Below, piece after piece: positions 35,007 to 48,118 of a stretch of DNA of 64,000 nucleotides (positions are counted from its first letter, which is position 1; the number at the start of each line of letters is the position of its first letter). The notes beneath the pieces were generated by a model. The model did not search any database and had not been told where the DNA came from. It worked only from the letters and a program-made list of their open reading frames with translations. The position numbers and the translations under genes are program-made. Source of the stretch: Macrostomum lignano (taxonomy: Eukaryota); contig NIVC01000365.1 in NCBI GenBank assembly GCA_002269645.1, positions 585,445 through 649,444 of the forward strand. Direction: 5' to 3'.

Positions 35007-37470
35007 GTGACCAGCTTGAGAACATCCCCTATCCATCTATGATCTCATTTGTGCTCATCCTAGTAGGCGGCTGCATCATGACTGGCACACTCTATGAAGC
35101 AGTTCGAAGGACAGATACCTACTTTCGCAGCACATTTTATCCTATAGATGGGTAAGTGGCTGCTTTAAAAACAAGCTCAAAATTTCTTTTATATCAAAAT
35201 ATTTCTGTTGTGAGCTGGTGAAAGTGACTAGAAGCACAATGTGAAATTTTAAGCTTGTGAAAGATCCTGTCTTTTGACAATATGAAACTATAAAGCTTCA
35301 AGTCTGCTCAGAATCCCCTACTTGAAACAAAACCACCCTGCCGCACCGCACTGCAGTTTCTCCTATGCCCAGACAGTCAGCGTCATCATCACCCCAATCA
35401 CGGTAGTGCTGGCTGCCGCTCTGCTAGCATTTGGTTGCCTAGCAACCGGTGCAACCCGAGAGAAAATCTACCGAGGCAACAGGTCGATCTTGTCTGGCCG
35501 GGGCGCGGCCTTGGTGTTCCTGGCGCTGGCCCACCTGAGCTGCCTGTGCTGGCTGGCGCTGATGTGCGGCCTGATGTTCCCGGCCACCGGCTGGCTGGTC
35601 ATGGACCGCGTCTGCGCCGAGGAGTGGCGCTACTGGCTGAACATCGACGGCGAGAAGACCAACGCCAAGTTCTTTAATTACTTCCGGTTCAACCTGACTC
35701 ATTATGGTTTGTAAAAAATCCCTTACCAATTTCCACTAAACCGTGATGCTGTGCGTTAACAGTGGGAGTCTTAATTGATACTCGATTTTTTTCCTCATCT
35801 AATTAGAGCTTCTAAATTTCAATTCAATATCCCCCCAATCGCAGGCATCTACAAGAAGCTGTACAATTTCAATCCTTCGCTGAAGTACAACGAGACGATA
35901 ACAACTGCCACGGCGTTTCAGAACTTCTGCTCGAATGTGAGTGAGAGGCTGAGCTATTCGAAATTTTCCCGTTACTTTGCCTGTTTTTTCACCGTCTAAA
36001 TTTTTTTTTCATGAGAAGTTGGACTCTCCCGAAAATCATTTAACATCAATGGCGAACTAAAATCGCAAACTTATTACAGATCATTGCAAATTTCTACAGG
36101 TGAACACAATCGGCCCTCTGTACATGTTTGCCTTGGGCGGCGCCATGTTCGTGCTGTTCGGGCTGGTGAGTAATGGCTGCCTGCACAGGGCTGCTGGGGT
36201 CCGGGGATGACTGCACACTGCATTGCAAGGTGCAGCTACCTTGGTTGAGACCTGTTCTGTTGTCTTCTGATCTAACTGATTCTCCCAGATTATCACGTGG
36301 GACTGCAGCCACTCCCAGATTGTCAGATGGGATTGCAGCCACTCCCAGATTGTCAGATGGGATTGCAGCCACTCTCCCAGATTGTCAGATGGGATTGCAG
36401 CCACTCCCAGATTGTCAGATGGGATTGCAGCCACTCCCAGATTGTCATGTGGGATTTCAGCCACTCCCAGATTGTCAGATGGGACTGCAGCCACTCATAG
36501 ATTGTCAGGTGGGATTGTAGCCACTCCCAGATTGTCAGATGGGATTGCAGCCACTCTCCCAGATTGTCAGGTGGGACTGCAGCCAATCGCAGATTGTCAG
36601 ATGGGATTGCAGCCACTCTCCCAGATTGTCAGGTGGGACTGCAGCCAATCGCAGATTGTCAGATGGGATTGCAGCCACTCTCCCAGATTGTCAGGTGGGA
36701 TTGCAGCCACTCTCCCAGATTGTCAGGTGGGACTGCAGCCACTCTCCCAGATTGTCAGGTGGGACTGCAGCCACTCTCCCAGATTGTCAGGTGGGACTGC
36801 AGCCAATCCCAGATTGTCAAGTGGGACTGCAGCTACTCTCTCAGATTTTCAGGTGGGACTGCAGCCACTCTTGAAAATTCCTTAGTTGCTATCACATAAG
36901 AATATGAGACATAAAAAGGTAGCAACCTATCTTAAAATCTGGTTAGAGCTGCCTGACAGGTTAGACAATTGTCTAACCTGACATTATAGTTAGAGCTGGC
37001 CAGGGGGTTAGCGAAATGGGCGGCAACGCCTCCTCGCTGTTTCTGGACGCACGGAGCCCCCTGCAGCTAAGTCAAGTAAGTCATGGTTAGAGCTGCAGTC
37101 TCACCTGACAATCTGGTTAGAGCTGCAGTCTCACCTGACAATCTGGTTAGAGCTGCAGTCTCACCTAACAATGCTGTCTCTTACAATCTTAGAGTTGAAA
37201 TCTCAGTCGAGCATGTGAGGATAGCTGTGTTTCTAAAACAGTTAAGCCTTTTAACAATAATAAAAAACCCGTTGCCAACTGCAGTTCTGCTTCATCGGAG
37301 CCCTGTCGGCGAACTACACGAAGCTGAAGTACACGCAGGACCTGACCCAGTACCGCACGGCCAAGCAGCCGGAGGTGGAGCCAGCCGAAACCGAGTACCT
37401 GCAGGCTGCCGGCTACGCCCCTAGCATTGCGGGCCACGGACCGTCGGACTCAATTGTCTACTCTCAGTAG
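35007..37470 (+). CDS. M6: M6/PLP/DM20-family four-TM proteolipid protein; first exon not located
   Basis: Exons 35007-35151, 35357-35706, 35845-35936, 36100-36165 and 37285-37470 are in frame; NIPYPSMIS, LATGATREKIY, LSANYTKLK. Confidence 0.8.
36283..36870. repeat. 30-32-bp minisatellite in M6 intron; related units occur inverted at 36940-37170
   Basis: Unit ctcccagattgtcag(a/g)tgggattgcagcca. Confidence 0.9.
36999..37085 (+). mobile_element. 87-bp 5'-truncated LINE/SINE 3' tail
   Basis: Homologous to minus-strand 4818-4900; ends cctgcagctaagtcaagtaagtca; flanked by gttagagctg direct repeats. Confidence 0.7.
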
Positions 37471-39205
37471 CAAGTTGACGACACGCAGCGGCGCATTTTA
37501 ATTTGCCATTGTTTCATAACATCGAACTGCTGTGAAGTAAATTAGAGCTGGGATGGAAATTTGACTGCTGTCTCCTGAGCTGGCACGCCGGGGACCCCAG
37601 GACTGTCGATAGGCGGCAAGCCCTTTATTTGTCTCGCCTTCAGACCAAGAGTTCTGCGGGGTCCATGACTGCACTGTCGCAACTTAACCATTACATGTAT
37701 GACTATTACATTCCATGCCTGCTTAGTTTAGGCCTACTTGCAATTTTTAACGCAAAATACACGATTTTCTATCTGTGTACACAGATACTTAGAATTACTA
37801 AATGTAGATGGGCCACTCAGCACATTTGCGTGCAAGCTACTTTTCAGTTCAGTAGTAAGTTAAATCGAAGCATTTTAATGTATTTTTAAAGACAAAGCTT
37901 ATTTATTTGCTCTTACCCGCACCCAAGCTTAAACTCTCAACCTCCTCACGAAGCCACTACTCCTGCCCCGCCACCCATTTTTTATTGCCTTCCTCGGTTG
38001 TTCCAGCCTAAATCTGCCATGTACATTTCAGTGGTTAATGTACATTATGGCTGAACCAATTAAAAAGCTGTTTACGCCTGCAAGCTTTGGCTTCTAAACT
38101 TATTCAAAGTCATCTATCTCAGCTGCCTTTATTCTTATAAAATAGCTTAGGTATTCTTCCTTGCTACTGAACTGAAAGTAGAAAGCTGTTTTGCTAAGTA
38201 TATATGCCCCCATCTTTCTAGTATCTGTGGTGTATTATGTACTCGTACATGTAGGGCTAAATTGTTGTTTCCCTTGTAAATTTTTAATTTTGTTCATGTT
38301 TACATAACTCATATTATTAATGAACGACAGTTAAACTTAACACTATGGTGCCAAATTGTAATCAGTTTGTGTGTGTGTATTCGGATCATTAATTCTCTTT
38401 TTTAAGGCTTCAATTGTTTACCGCTTGCAATGTTAGTCACGGTTTATCAATTATTTGTTGTTAGCACTTGAGCCAATTTTTGTATATATTTTTGTTAACT
38501 ACACAAAGCCCTTGACTCCCCGACATTTTACTAACATTCCACTAATGAAACAACCGTTCTCTTAAGAAATAAACTTCACTAGAAGCAGTCTTCGTTATCT
38601 CTTGCTTCATATCAGAGCAAAGCAAATAATATTCTTGCAACACGCTGACGGATATTCAGTAGTGTCTTCACGATCATTCGTCAAAATAAAATAAAAATTG
38701 AAATGAAGACACTTCTACCAGTCTGGCACCCAGTAGTGAGGAAAGGCAATACGAAATGAAGAAAATGTCAACAATACTACTGATTAAGTAGCCTTAGTAG
38801 TACAGAGTAGGAAGACAGTGCCCTGAATGAGCGGACTAGGTGCAGTAGTGGTTGTTCACTATAGCTAGAACACAAACTACACGCAAAATTGCTATTTTTG
38901 TGTCAGAAAATACAGAGATTATTGTTTCTGCTAATCTTTAGAATCTTTGCCACGCAGATGCCCCCTTTTAAATAATGCTCAACTGCAATAGGTACTCTTG
39001 GGAAGGTCATGGTGGTCAAAGACCCCAGAAATTAATAGTCTTGCGGTGCCAAAGTCTACCGCATTAATAGCATTAATAGCATGCTTGACTTGAAGCAGGT
39101 TTTCCGTCAGTGAAAACTGTTAATGAGCTAGTTCCATCATTCAGGGACGGCCGCAACTAACATTTACTTGTGGCTGAACTAGCCAGGATATTAGACAGGC
39201 CGGCC

Positions 39206-39829
39206 TTAGTGGGCTTTGACCTTCTCGGCCTCCGCACCCTCCTCGAGCTGGTGCTGGTGCCCGCCCGCCTGTCTGTGATGATAAAACGACAAAAAGAAGT
39301 CCCAGAACGCGGTGATGAAGCTCAGGTAGAGGATTCTGTACTTTGGCGGCAGGAAGTAGAAATTGACGGCCTGTGCGGGCGGCCAGACCAGCCAGTCCGC
39401 CAGGTAGGCGGTTGGGAACTTGCGGCAGGCCGTCTCCCAGGCCTGGGCGGGCGTGCGGCCCTCCAGCAGCGGCATTAGCAGGAAGAAGCAGAAGTTGATG
39501 CCGATGCCCATGCCGATCTGGTCCATCAGGATCTTTTATACGATCGTACGGCCGGCGCGGCCGGGCAGGCGATGGTTGAGCAGCACGTACCAGAAGTGCT
39601 GCGGCGTGGCCAGCAGCAGGCCGACAATGTAGATCCGCTTGGTGCGGCTCCAGTCGATGGGGCCCACAGGCCGGTTGCCGAGGCGCTGCTCCAGCTTCTG
39701 GGCCGCCAGGTCGCCGATGCTCAGCAGGGCGGGCGCGGTGGCCAGGTTGGTGAGCAGCAGGTAGCGGGGGCTGTACGCCAGCTCGTGGAATCGCTTCAGG
39801 GCGTCCGCCGCCCGCCGCCAAGCAGTCAT
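39206..39829 (-). pseudogene. MPV17L2: Mpv17-like protein 2 homolog with an in-frame TAA at codon 98
   Basis: YLLLTN..GDLAAQ..DWSRT..HFWY..TIV*KILMDQ..DWLVWPPAQAVNF..YRILY; both halves lie in the same frame. Confidence 0.75.
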
Positions 39830-41034
39830 TTTGGCTTTATTGCTCGAGTCTTCTAGCTTTGTGGGTCAAAATCGGACTCCTCCTGCTTTTCTGAGACTCA
39901 ACTGCTAAGACTGAACCTCTGGCCGGTTTTGTGCTTGGCTCTGTATTTGAGAGCCAGCGGTCAGTGTCTCCCAGCTACTCCCGTGTGCCGGATCAGAGCC
40001 GGTTTTCATGCATTGATTGCACAATGGTTGATTGCCGCATTGTGGTGCTCTCGGCAAGGTCGCACGCGATCCGCGGTGAGGGCAGGGGCCAGTGGGATTG
40101 GGGTAGCTGGTGGAAAATTTCCAATTGTCAGGGCCGGGGGTTTCTTAAGCCCATAATTTCACAATTCATATAAAAGCATGCGTCTACCCCGGAACCCAAA
40201 GCTTCAAATACCATAATTCATTAATTATGAAAATTCAATTTGGCAAAGTGCCATATGGTGCTACAGTAGTTTTGGGCATTAACTAAATTATTTAATAAAA
40301 TGATTGTTCCGTTGTGAAATTTTTGGTTTGTGAAAGCCAACCAATTTTGTCCAAATAAAACATTGCCTTAATGGTAGCAATAAGCGAACCAGCGAATCCA
40401 GGGCTCAATTGAGTACTGAGAGCGGGCAACAAATTCAGCTGCTTGAATACAACAGAGACTCAATTGCAGTGTGTGAGCTGGGCTCGGGGCAATCAACTCA
40501 TTAGCCGGTCGATAACAAACTCAAAAAGGCCACCCGGAAATCGCTATATCGCGCTATGTGAATCGCTCTGTATAGCCGAGTGAATCGCTTATTACGATAA
40601 TAAGAGTCATTCCTACTGTTGAAGAAACTAACAAACAAGAAGCCAAACCATTTATCCAAAAACGCTCAAAACAAGATGCAGACAGGCGTTTATGATTTGC
40701 ATATTTTCACTCCATCTCCGCCGGGTCGGTAGAGACCCTGTCAACAGACGCATTCCATTAACACGAAAACGATTCATTCAAGCACGTGACCAGCATTGGA
40801 AAATCATGATTTATTGCGTTTCTCAGCCAAGCGGCAATCGAATTGCAATAATATGCAGAGACAAACATATCGCTTCTATGCTAGGCGAGACACAAAACGA
40901 ATCTGGGCGATGGTACAGCGGTGACGTCCGCGTCAGTTCATCAGTCTTAACTATCAAAGTGGCTTCTCCTAAACATCCCGGACCCCGACTACTCGCTACC
41001 ACACCGGTCCATCACACCACTCGGAAGCAGATCT

Positions 41035-41886
41035 TCAGTGACGGTGAGGCTGAGCAGCCTTCATCAAAAAGTCCGAGTGCTCAGCATACGGGTGGTTGGC
41101 GGCGTTGGCCTCGGGCCACAGGTCGGGGCTCAGGTACTCGAACGTGCCCCGGATAGCCTGGTACGTGGCCTTGGCAAAGTTGCCCAGAGTGGCGGTCTGG
41201 CCTCGAGAGCAGGTGTACACGTCCTCGATGCCAGCCATCGTCAGCAGCTTCTTCGGAACGGGAGCCCCGACAATGCCCGTGCCCCTGGGAGCGGGGATCA
41301 GTCGCACCACCACAGAGCCGCACTTTCCAGTCAGCTTGCACGGCACCGTGTGGGGCTTGCCGATCTTGTTGCCCCAGTAGCCCAGGCGAACCGGGATGAC
41401 CGACAGCTTGGCCAGGATGATGGCACCGCGGATGGCGGTGGCCACCTCCTTGGAGCACTTCACTCCCAGACCCACGTGCCTGTCGTAGTCACCGATGGCG
41501 ACGATCGCCTTGAAGCGGGTGCGCTGACCGGCACGGGTCTGCTTCTGCACCGGCATGATCTTCAGCACCTCGTCCTTCAGCCGGCTGCCCAGGAACTGGT
41601 CGATGATCTCGCTCTCCTTGATCGGCAGGGCGAACATGTACACCTCTTCCAGGGACTTGATCTTGCCGTCCTTGACCAGCCGTCCCAGCTTGGTGACCGG
41701 CTGCCACTCCTCCTTGCCTTTGTCGCCGCCTCGGCCACCGCGGCCGCGACCCCGGCCACCGCGTCCGCGACCTCGGCCGCCTCGGCCGCCGCGTCCGCCG
41801 CGCTCGCCGCCTCCAGCGTCGCCACCACGACCTCCGAATCCTCCGCGGAATCCGCCGCGACCGCGTGAACCGCCTCCAGAGTCCAT
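41035..41886 (-). CDS. RPS2: 40S ribosomal protein S2 (uS5), copy 1
   Basis: RGG-rich N-terminus, [46 protein letters not shown]. Confidence 0.97.
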   Translation of the reverse strand: MDSGGGSRGRGGFRGGFGGRGGDAGGGERGGRGGRGGRGRGRGGRGRGRGGRGGDKGKEEWQPVTKLGRLVKDGKIKSLEEVYMFALPIKESEIIDQFLGSRLKDEVLKIMPVQKQTRAGQRTRFKAIVAIGDYDRHVGLGVKCSKEVATAIRGAIILAKLSVIPVRLGYWGNKIGKPHTVPCKLTGKCGSVVVRLIPAPRGTGIVGAPVPKKLLTMAGIEDVYTCSRGQTATLGNFAKATYQAIRGTFEYLSPDLWPEANAANHPYAEHSDFLMKAAQPHRH

Positions 41887-41921
41887 TTAGGCTGCTAGCT
41901 GCAAGGATGGGGTTTTCAGCG

Positions 41922-43819
41922 GGCAGGTCAGGAGGTTTTAGAAACAAATGTGATTATTGCAGAAGGATGAGGTAGCGAAATAAGCGGGTGGTTCACAGGA
42001 CTGTAAATGGGTGGTTCACAGGACTGAAAATGGGTGGTTCACAGGACTGTAAATTGGTGGTTCACAGGACTGTAAATGGGTGGTTCACAGGACTGTAAAT
42101 GGGTGGTTCACAGGACTGTAAATGCGTGGTTCACAGGACTGTAAATGGGTGGTTCACAGGACTGTAAATGGGTGGTTCACAGGACTGTAAATGGGTGGTT
42201 CACAGGACTGTAAATGGGTGGTTCACAGGACTGTAAATGGGTGGTTCACAGGACTGTAAATAGTTGGTTCACAGGACTGTAAATGGGTGGTTCACAGGAC
42301 TGTAAATGGGTGGTTCACAGGACTGTAAATGGTTGGTTTACAGGACTGTAAATGGGTGGTTCACGGGACTGTAAATGGGTGGTTCACAGGACTGTAAATG
42401 GTTGGTTCACAGGACTGTAAATGGGTGGTTCACAGGACTGTAAATGGTAGGTTCACAGGACTGTAAATTGGTGGTTCACAGGACTGTAAATGGTTGTTTC
42501 ACAGGACTCCAAATTTTTCATAGTGTACAGACCGTTAAATAATGAGTCGTGGAATTTTGAATTCGAAAGTATTCCTAACTGCCTATAGACGGGTTAAGAA
42601 ATAGGCCGGGTGTGATAAGCCCCTCAAACAGATGCGTGAGAAACCGTTTGCAATGAGTGAACAGTTTGAGGCAATGTTGGATTTAACCACTCTGTTACAA
42701 AGGATAGCAAGTGTTCCATGGTGAGTGGAGAGAACTGGTCGATATTGAGCAGTATCTGTAAGAATGGTTTGGTGCAAATTCTTAATCAGTGTAAGAACTG
42801 CTGCTGGTAACTAAACAAGCAAACAAATCAGCTACTCAGATAGGAAAGCTAGATGAACATGACTTCCCATCCTCATTTGGGTTCATGGAAGCGTATGGGG
42901 ATTCAAGGACAAGAATGTCGGAGGTTCATGGAAGTGAATGGGGATTCAAGGACAAGAATGTCGGAGGTTCATGGAAGTGAATGGGGATTCAAGGACAAGA
43001 ATGTCGGAGGTTCATGGAAGGGTATGGGGATTCAGGGACAAGAATGTCGGAGGTTCATGAAAGCGTATGGAGATTCAAGGACAAAAATGTCGGAGGTTCA
43101 TGGAAGGGTATGGGGATTCTAGGACAAGAATGTCGGAGGTTCATGGAAGAATATGGGGATTCAGGGACAAGAATGTCGGAGGTTCATGGAAGTGAATGGG
43201 GATTCAAGGACAAGAATGTCAGAGGTTCATGGAAGTGAATGGGGATTCAAGGACAAGAATGTCAGAGGTTCATGGAAGAATATGGGGATTCAGGGACAAG
43301 AATGTCGGAGGTTCATGGAAGTGAATGGGGATTCAGGGACAAGAATGTCGGAGGTTCATGGAAGTGAATGGGGATTCAGGGACAAGAATGTCGGAGGTTC
43401 ATGGAAGTGTATGGGGATTCAAGGACAAGAATGTCGGAGGTTCATGGAAGCGTATGGGGATTCAGGGACAAGACTGTCGCAGGTTCATGGAAGCGTAGGG
43501 CCGTATGGGGATTCAGGACGATATTGTCTGCAGTCGAATCAAGACAATACAATCCGTAAGGTGCCAAACTTCTAATTTAGAGCAACTACTCAAGACAAAA
43601 AGTAAAAAAAGACGATGAGAACAGCAGTTATCCAAGTGAACAAAGGTGTTTGTTCTTTTCATTCCACAAAGGCATTCGATTAAATTTATTTCTCCAGACA
43701 CTTCTTACAGACTGCGGTGGCGCAGACACAAGCTCGAGGCAGACACACGAACCTACACACACTCCTCCTGACGGAGAAACTGAACCAATAAAACAACCAA
43801 AGAACAGTTCTTTAGAGTT
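41922..43819. repeat. Spacer X between RPS2 copies 1 and 2, containing a 23-bp array (41984-42507) and a 43-bp array (42880-43520)
   Basis: Units aaatgggtggttcacaggactgt and gaatgtcggaggttcatggaagcgtatggggattcaaggacaa; repeated as spacer X'. Confidence 0.9.
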
Positions 43820-43991
43820 AAACATATCGCTTCTATGCTAGGCGAGACACAAAACGAATCTGGGCGATGGTACAGCGGTGACGTCCGCGTCAGTTCATCA
43901 GTCTTAACTATCAAAGTGGCTTCTCCTAAACATCCCGGACCCCGACTACTCGCTACCACACCGGTCCATCACACCACTCGGAAGCAGATCT

Positions 43992-44843
43992 TCAGTGACG
44001 GTGAGGCTGAGCAGCCTTCATCAAAAAGTCCGAGTGCTCAGCATACGGGTGGTTGGCGGCGTTGGCCTCGGGCCACAGGTCGGGGCTCAGGTACTCGAAC
44101 GTGCCCCGGATAGCCTGGTACGTGGCCTTGGCAAAGTTGCCCAGAGTGGCGGTCTGGCCTCGAGAGCAGGTGTACACGTCCTCGATGCCAGCCATCGTCA
44201 GCAGCTTCTTCGGAACGGGAGCCCCGACAATGCCCGTGCCCCTGGGAGCGGGGATCAGTCGCACCACCACAGAGCCGCACTTTCCAGTCAGCTTGCACGG
44301 CACCGTGTGGGGCTTGCCGATCTTGTTGCCCCAGTAGCCCAGGCGAACCGGGATGACCGACAGCTTGGCCAGGATGATGGCACCGCGGATGGCGGTGGCC
44401 ACCTCCTTGGAGCACTTCACTCCCAGACCCACGTGCCTGTCGTAGTCACCGATGGCGACGATCGCCTTGAAGCGGGTGCGCTGACCGGCACGGGTCTGCT
44501 TCTGCACCGGCATGATCTTCAGCACCTCGTCCTTCAGCCGGCTGCCCAGGAACTGGTCGATGATCTCGCTCTCCTTGATCGGCAGGGCGAACATGTACAC
44601 CTCTTCCAGGGACTTGATCTTGCCGTCCTTGACCAGCCGTCCCAGCTTGGTGACCGGCTGCCACTCCTCCTTGCCTTTGTCGCCGCCTCGGCCACCGCGG
44701 CCGCGACCCCGGCCACCGCGTCCGCGACCTCGGCCGCCTCGGCCGCCGCGTCCGCCGCGCTCGCCGCCTCCAGCGTCGCCACCACGACCTCCGAATCCTC
44801 CGCGGAATCCGCCGCGACCGCGTGAACCGCCTCCAGAGTCCAT
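43992..44843 (-). CDS. RPS2: 40S ribosomal protein S2, copy 2
   Basis: Identical 283-aa translation. Confidence 0.95.
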   Translation of the reverse strand: MDSGGGSRGRGGFRGGFGGRGGDAGGGERGGRGGRGGRGRGRGGRGRGRGGRGGDKGKEEWQPVTKLGRLVKDGKIKSLEEVYMFALPIKESEIIDQFLGSRLKDEVLKIMPVQKQTRAGQRTRFKAIVAIGDYDRHVGLGVKCSKEVATAIRGAIILAKLSVIPVRLGYWGNKIGKPHTVPCKLTGKCGSVVVRLIPAPRGTGIVGAPVPKKLLTMAGIEDVYTCSRGQTATLGNFAKATYQAIRGTFEYLSPDLWPEANAANHPYAEHSDFLMKAAQPHRH

Positions 44844-44878
44844 TTAGGCTGCTAGCATCAAGGATGGGGTTTTCAGCG

Positions 44879-46752
44879 GGCAGGTCAGGAGGTTTTAGAA
44901 ACAAATGTGATTATTGCAGAAGGATGAGGTAGCGAAATAAGCGGGTGGTTCACAGGACTGTAAATGGGTGGTTCACAGGACTGAAAATGGGTGGTTCACA
45001 GGACTGTAAATTGGTGGTTCACAGGACTGTAAATGGGTGGTTCACAGGACTGTAAATGGGTGGTTCACAGGACTGTAAATGCGTGGTTCACAGGACTGTA
45101 AATGGGTGGTTCACAGGACTGTAAATGGGTGGTTCACAGGACTGTAAATGGGTGGTTCACAGGACTGTAAATGGGTGGTTCACAGGACTGTAAATGGGTG
45201 GTTCACAGGACTGTAAATAGTTGGTTCACAGGACTGTAAATGGGTGGTTCACAGGACTGTAAATGGGTGGTTCACAGGACTGTAAATGGTTGGTTTACAG
45301 GACTGTAAATGGGTGGTTCACGGGACTGTAAATGGGTGGTTCACAGGACTGTAAATGGTTGGTTCACAGGACTGTAAATGGGTGGTTCACAGGACTGTAA
45401 ATGGTAGGTTCACAGGACTGTAAATGGTTGGTTCACAGGACTGTAAATGGGTGGTTCACAGGACTGTAAATGGGTGGTTCACAGGACTGTAAATGGTAGG
45501 TTCACAGGACTGTAAATGGTTGGTTCACAGGACTGTAAATGGTTGGTTCACAGGACTGTAAATGGTTGGTTCACAGGACTGTAAATGGGTGGTTCACAGG
45601 ACTGTAAATGGGTGGTTCACAGGACTGTAAATAGTTGTTTCACAGGACTGTAAATGGGTGGTTCACAGGACTGTAAATAGTTAGTTCACAGGACTGTAAA
45701 TGGGTGGTTCACAGGACTGTAAATGGTAGGTTCACAGGACTGTAAATTGGTGGTTCACAGGACTGTAAATGGTTGTTTCACAGGACTCCAAATTTTTCAT
45801 AGTGTACAGGACCGTTTAATAATGAGTCGTGGAATTTTGAATTCGAAAGTATTCCTGACTGCCTATAGACGGGTTAAAAAATAGGCCGGGTGTGATAAGC
45901 CCTCAAACAGATGCGTGAGAAACCGTTTGCAATAAGTGAAAAGTTTGAGGCAATTTTGGATTTAACCACTCTGTTACAAAGGATAGCAAGTGTTCCATGG
46001 TGAGTGGAGAGAACTGGTCGATATTGAGCAGTATCTGTAAGAATGGTTTGGTGCAAATTCTTAATCAGTGTGAGAACTGCTGCTGGGAACTGAACAAGCA
46101 AACAAATCAGCTACTCAGATAGGAAAGCTAGATGAACATGACTTCCCATCCTCATTTGGGTTCATGGAAGCGTATGGGGATTCAAGGACAAGAATGTCGG
46201 AGGTTCATGGAAGCGTATGGGGATTCAAGGACAAGAATGTCGGAGGTTCATGGAAGCGTATGGGGATTCAAGGACAAGAATGTCGGAGGTTCATGGAAGC
46301 GTATGGGGATTCAAGGACAAGAATGTCGGAGGTTCATGGAAGCGTAGGGCCGTATGGGGATTCATGGAGAACAATGCCGAAGGCGAATTTAGTGCGTTGG
46401 GCTTCAGGGAGATACTGTCGGAGGTTCATGGAAACGTATGGGGATTCAGGACGATATTGTCTGCGGTCGAATCAAGACAATACAATCCGTAAGGTGCCAA
46501 ACTTCTAATTTAGAGCAACTACTCAAGACAAAAAGTAAAAAAAGACGATGAGAACAGCAGTTATCCAAGTGAACAAAGGTGTTCGTTCTTTTCATTCCAC
46601 AAAGGCATTCGATTAAATTTATTTCTCCAAACACTTCTTCCAGACTGCGGTGGCGCAGACACAAGCTCGAGGCAGACACACGAACCTACACACACTCCTC
46701 CTGACGGAGAAACTGAACCAATAAAACAACCAAAGAACAGTTCTTTAGAGTT
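44879..46752. repeat. Spacer X' between RPS2 copies 2 and 3 (longer 23-bp array, shorter 43-bp array)
   Basis: Homologous to 41922-43819 with different array lengths and scattered substitutions. Confidence 0.9.
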
Positions 46753-46924
46753 AAACATATCGCTTCTATGCTAGGCGAGACACAAAACGAATCTGGGCGA
46801 TGGTACAGCGGTGACGTCCGCGTCAGTTCATCAGTCTTAACTGTCAAAGTGGCTTCTCCTAAACATCCCGGACCCCCACTACTCGCTACCACACCGGTCC
46901 ATCACACCACTCGGAAGCAGATCT

Positions 46925-47776
46925 TCAGTGACGGTGAGGCTGAGCAGCCTTCATCAAAAAGTCCGAGTGCTCAGCATACGGGTGGTTGGCGGCGTTGGCC
47001 TCGGGCCACAGGTCGGGGCTCAGGTACTCGAACGTGCCCCGGATAGCCTGGTACGTGGCCTTGGCAAAGTTGCCCAGAGTGGCGGTCTGGCCTCGAGAGC
47101 AGGTGTACACGTCCTCGATGCCAGCCATCGTCAGCAGCTTCTTCGGAACGGGAGCCCCGACAATGCCCGTGCCCCTGGGAGCGGGGATCAGTCGCACCAC
47201 CACGGAGCCGCACTTTCCAGTCAGCTTGCACGGCACCGTGTGGGGCTTGCCGATCTTGTTGCCCCAGTAGCCCAGGCGAACCGGGATGACCGACAGCTTG
47301 GCCAGGATGATTGCACCGCGGATGGCGGTGGCCACCTCCTTGGAGCACTTCACTCCCAGACCCACGTGCCTGTCGTAGTCACCGATGGCGACGATCGCCT
47401 TGAAGCGGGTGCGCTGACCGGCGCGGGTCTGCTTCTGCACCGGCATGATCTTCAGCACCTCGTCCTTCAGCCGGCTGCCCAGGAACTGGTCGATGATCTC
47501 GCTCTCCTTGATCGGCAGGGCGAACATGTACACCTCTTCCAGGGACTTGATCTTGCCGTCCTTGACCAGCCGTCCCAGCTTGGTGACCGGCTGCCACTCC
47601 TCCTTGCCTTTGTCGCCGCCTCGGCCACCGCGGCCGCGACCCCGGCCACCGCGTCCGCGACCTCGGCCGCCTCGGCCGCCGCGTCCGCCACGCTCGCCGC
47701 CTCCAGCGTCGCCACCGCGACCTCCGAATCCGCCGCGGAATCCGCCGCGACCGCGTGAACCGCCTCCAGAGTCCAT
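46925..47776 (-). CDS. RPS2: 40S ribosomal protein S2, copy 3
   Basis: Identical protein; several synonymous differences from copies 1 and 2. Confidence 0.97.
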   Translation of the reverse strand: MDSGGGSRGRGGFRGGFGGRGGDAGGGERGGRGGRGGRGRGRGGRGRGRGGRGGDKGKEEWQPVTKLGRLVKDGKIKSLEEVYMFALPIKESEIIDQFLGSRLKDEVLKIMPVQKQTRAGQRTRFKAIVAIGDYDRHVGLGVKCSKEVATAIRGAIILAKLSVIPVRLGYWGNKIGKPHTVPCKLTGKCGSVVVRLIPAPRGTGIVGAPVPKKLLTMAGIEDVYTCSRGQTATLGNFAKATYQAIRGTFEYLSPDLWPEANAANHPYAEHSDFLMKAAQPHRH

Positions 47777-48118
47777 TTAGGCTGCTAGCTGCAAGGATGG
47801 GGTTTTCAGCGTCAATAGTCATGTAAAACTGAAATGTTTTTTAGATACGGAAAAGCGCTATTTTACGGCATACTACTAGCAGTAAATGATATGCACATTT
47901 TAAAAGAACTCAAGAAGCGACGAAAGCTCTCACTGAACAAAGGCTGCAGGCGTAATAATGCAACAAGATGAACTTTGCCTCAGCAAACTAAAAATAAACT
48001 TCAAATGCTATATTTAATGAAATCAAGGTTCATTAGCAAAGTCCGATAATGAAATGCATTAACCGGGACTCAGGAAGTCCAATTAGATCATAAAAACTAC
48101 AGACTGTTCGCTTCAACT

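Noticed and set aside
41922-43819. snoRNA or SL RNA gene in the RPS2 spacer
   Set aside because: No convincing C/D or H/ACA box pairs, nor an SL exon plus Sm site, seen by eye
41038-47758. 276-aa plus-strand ORFs over each RPS2 copy
   Set aside because: Antisense shadows of a highly codon-biased gene
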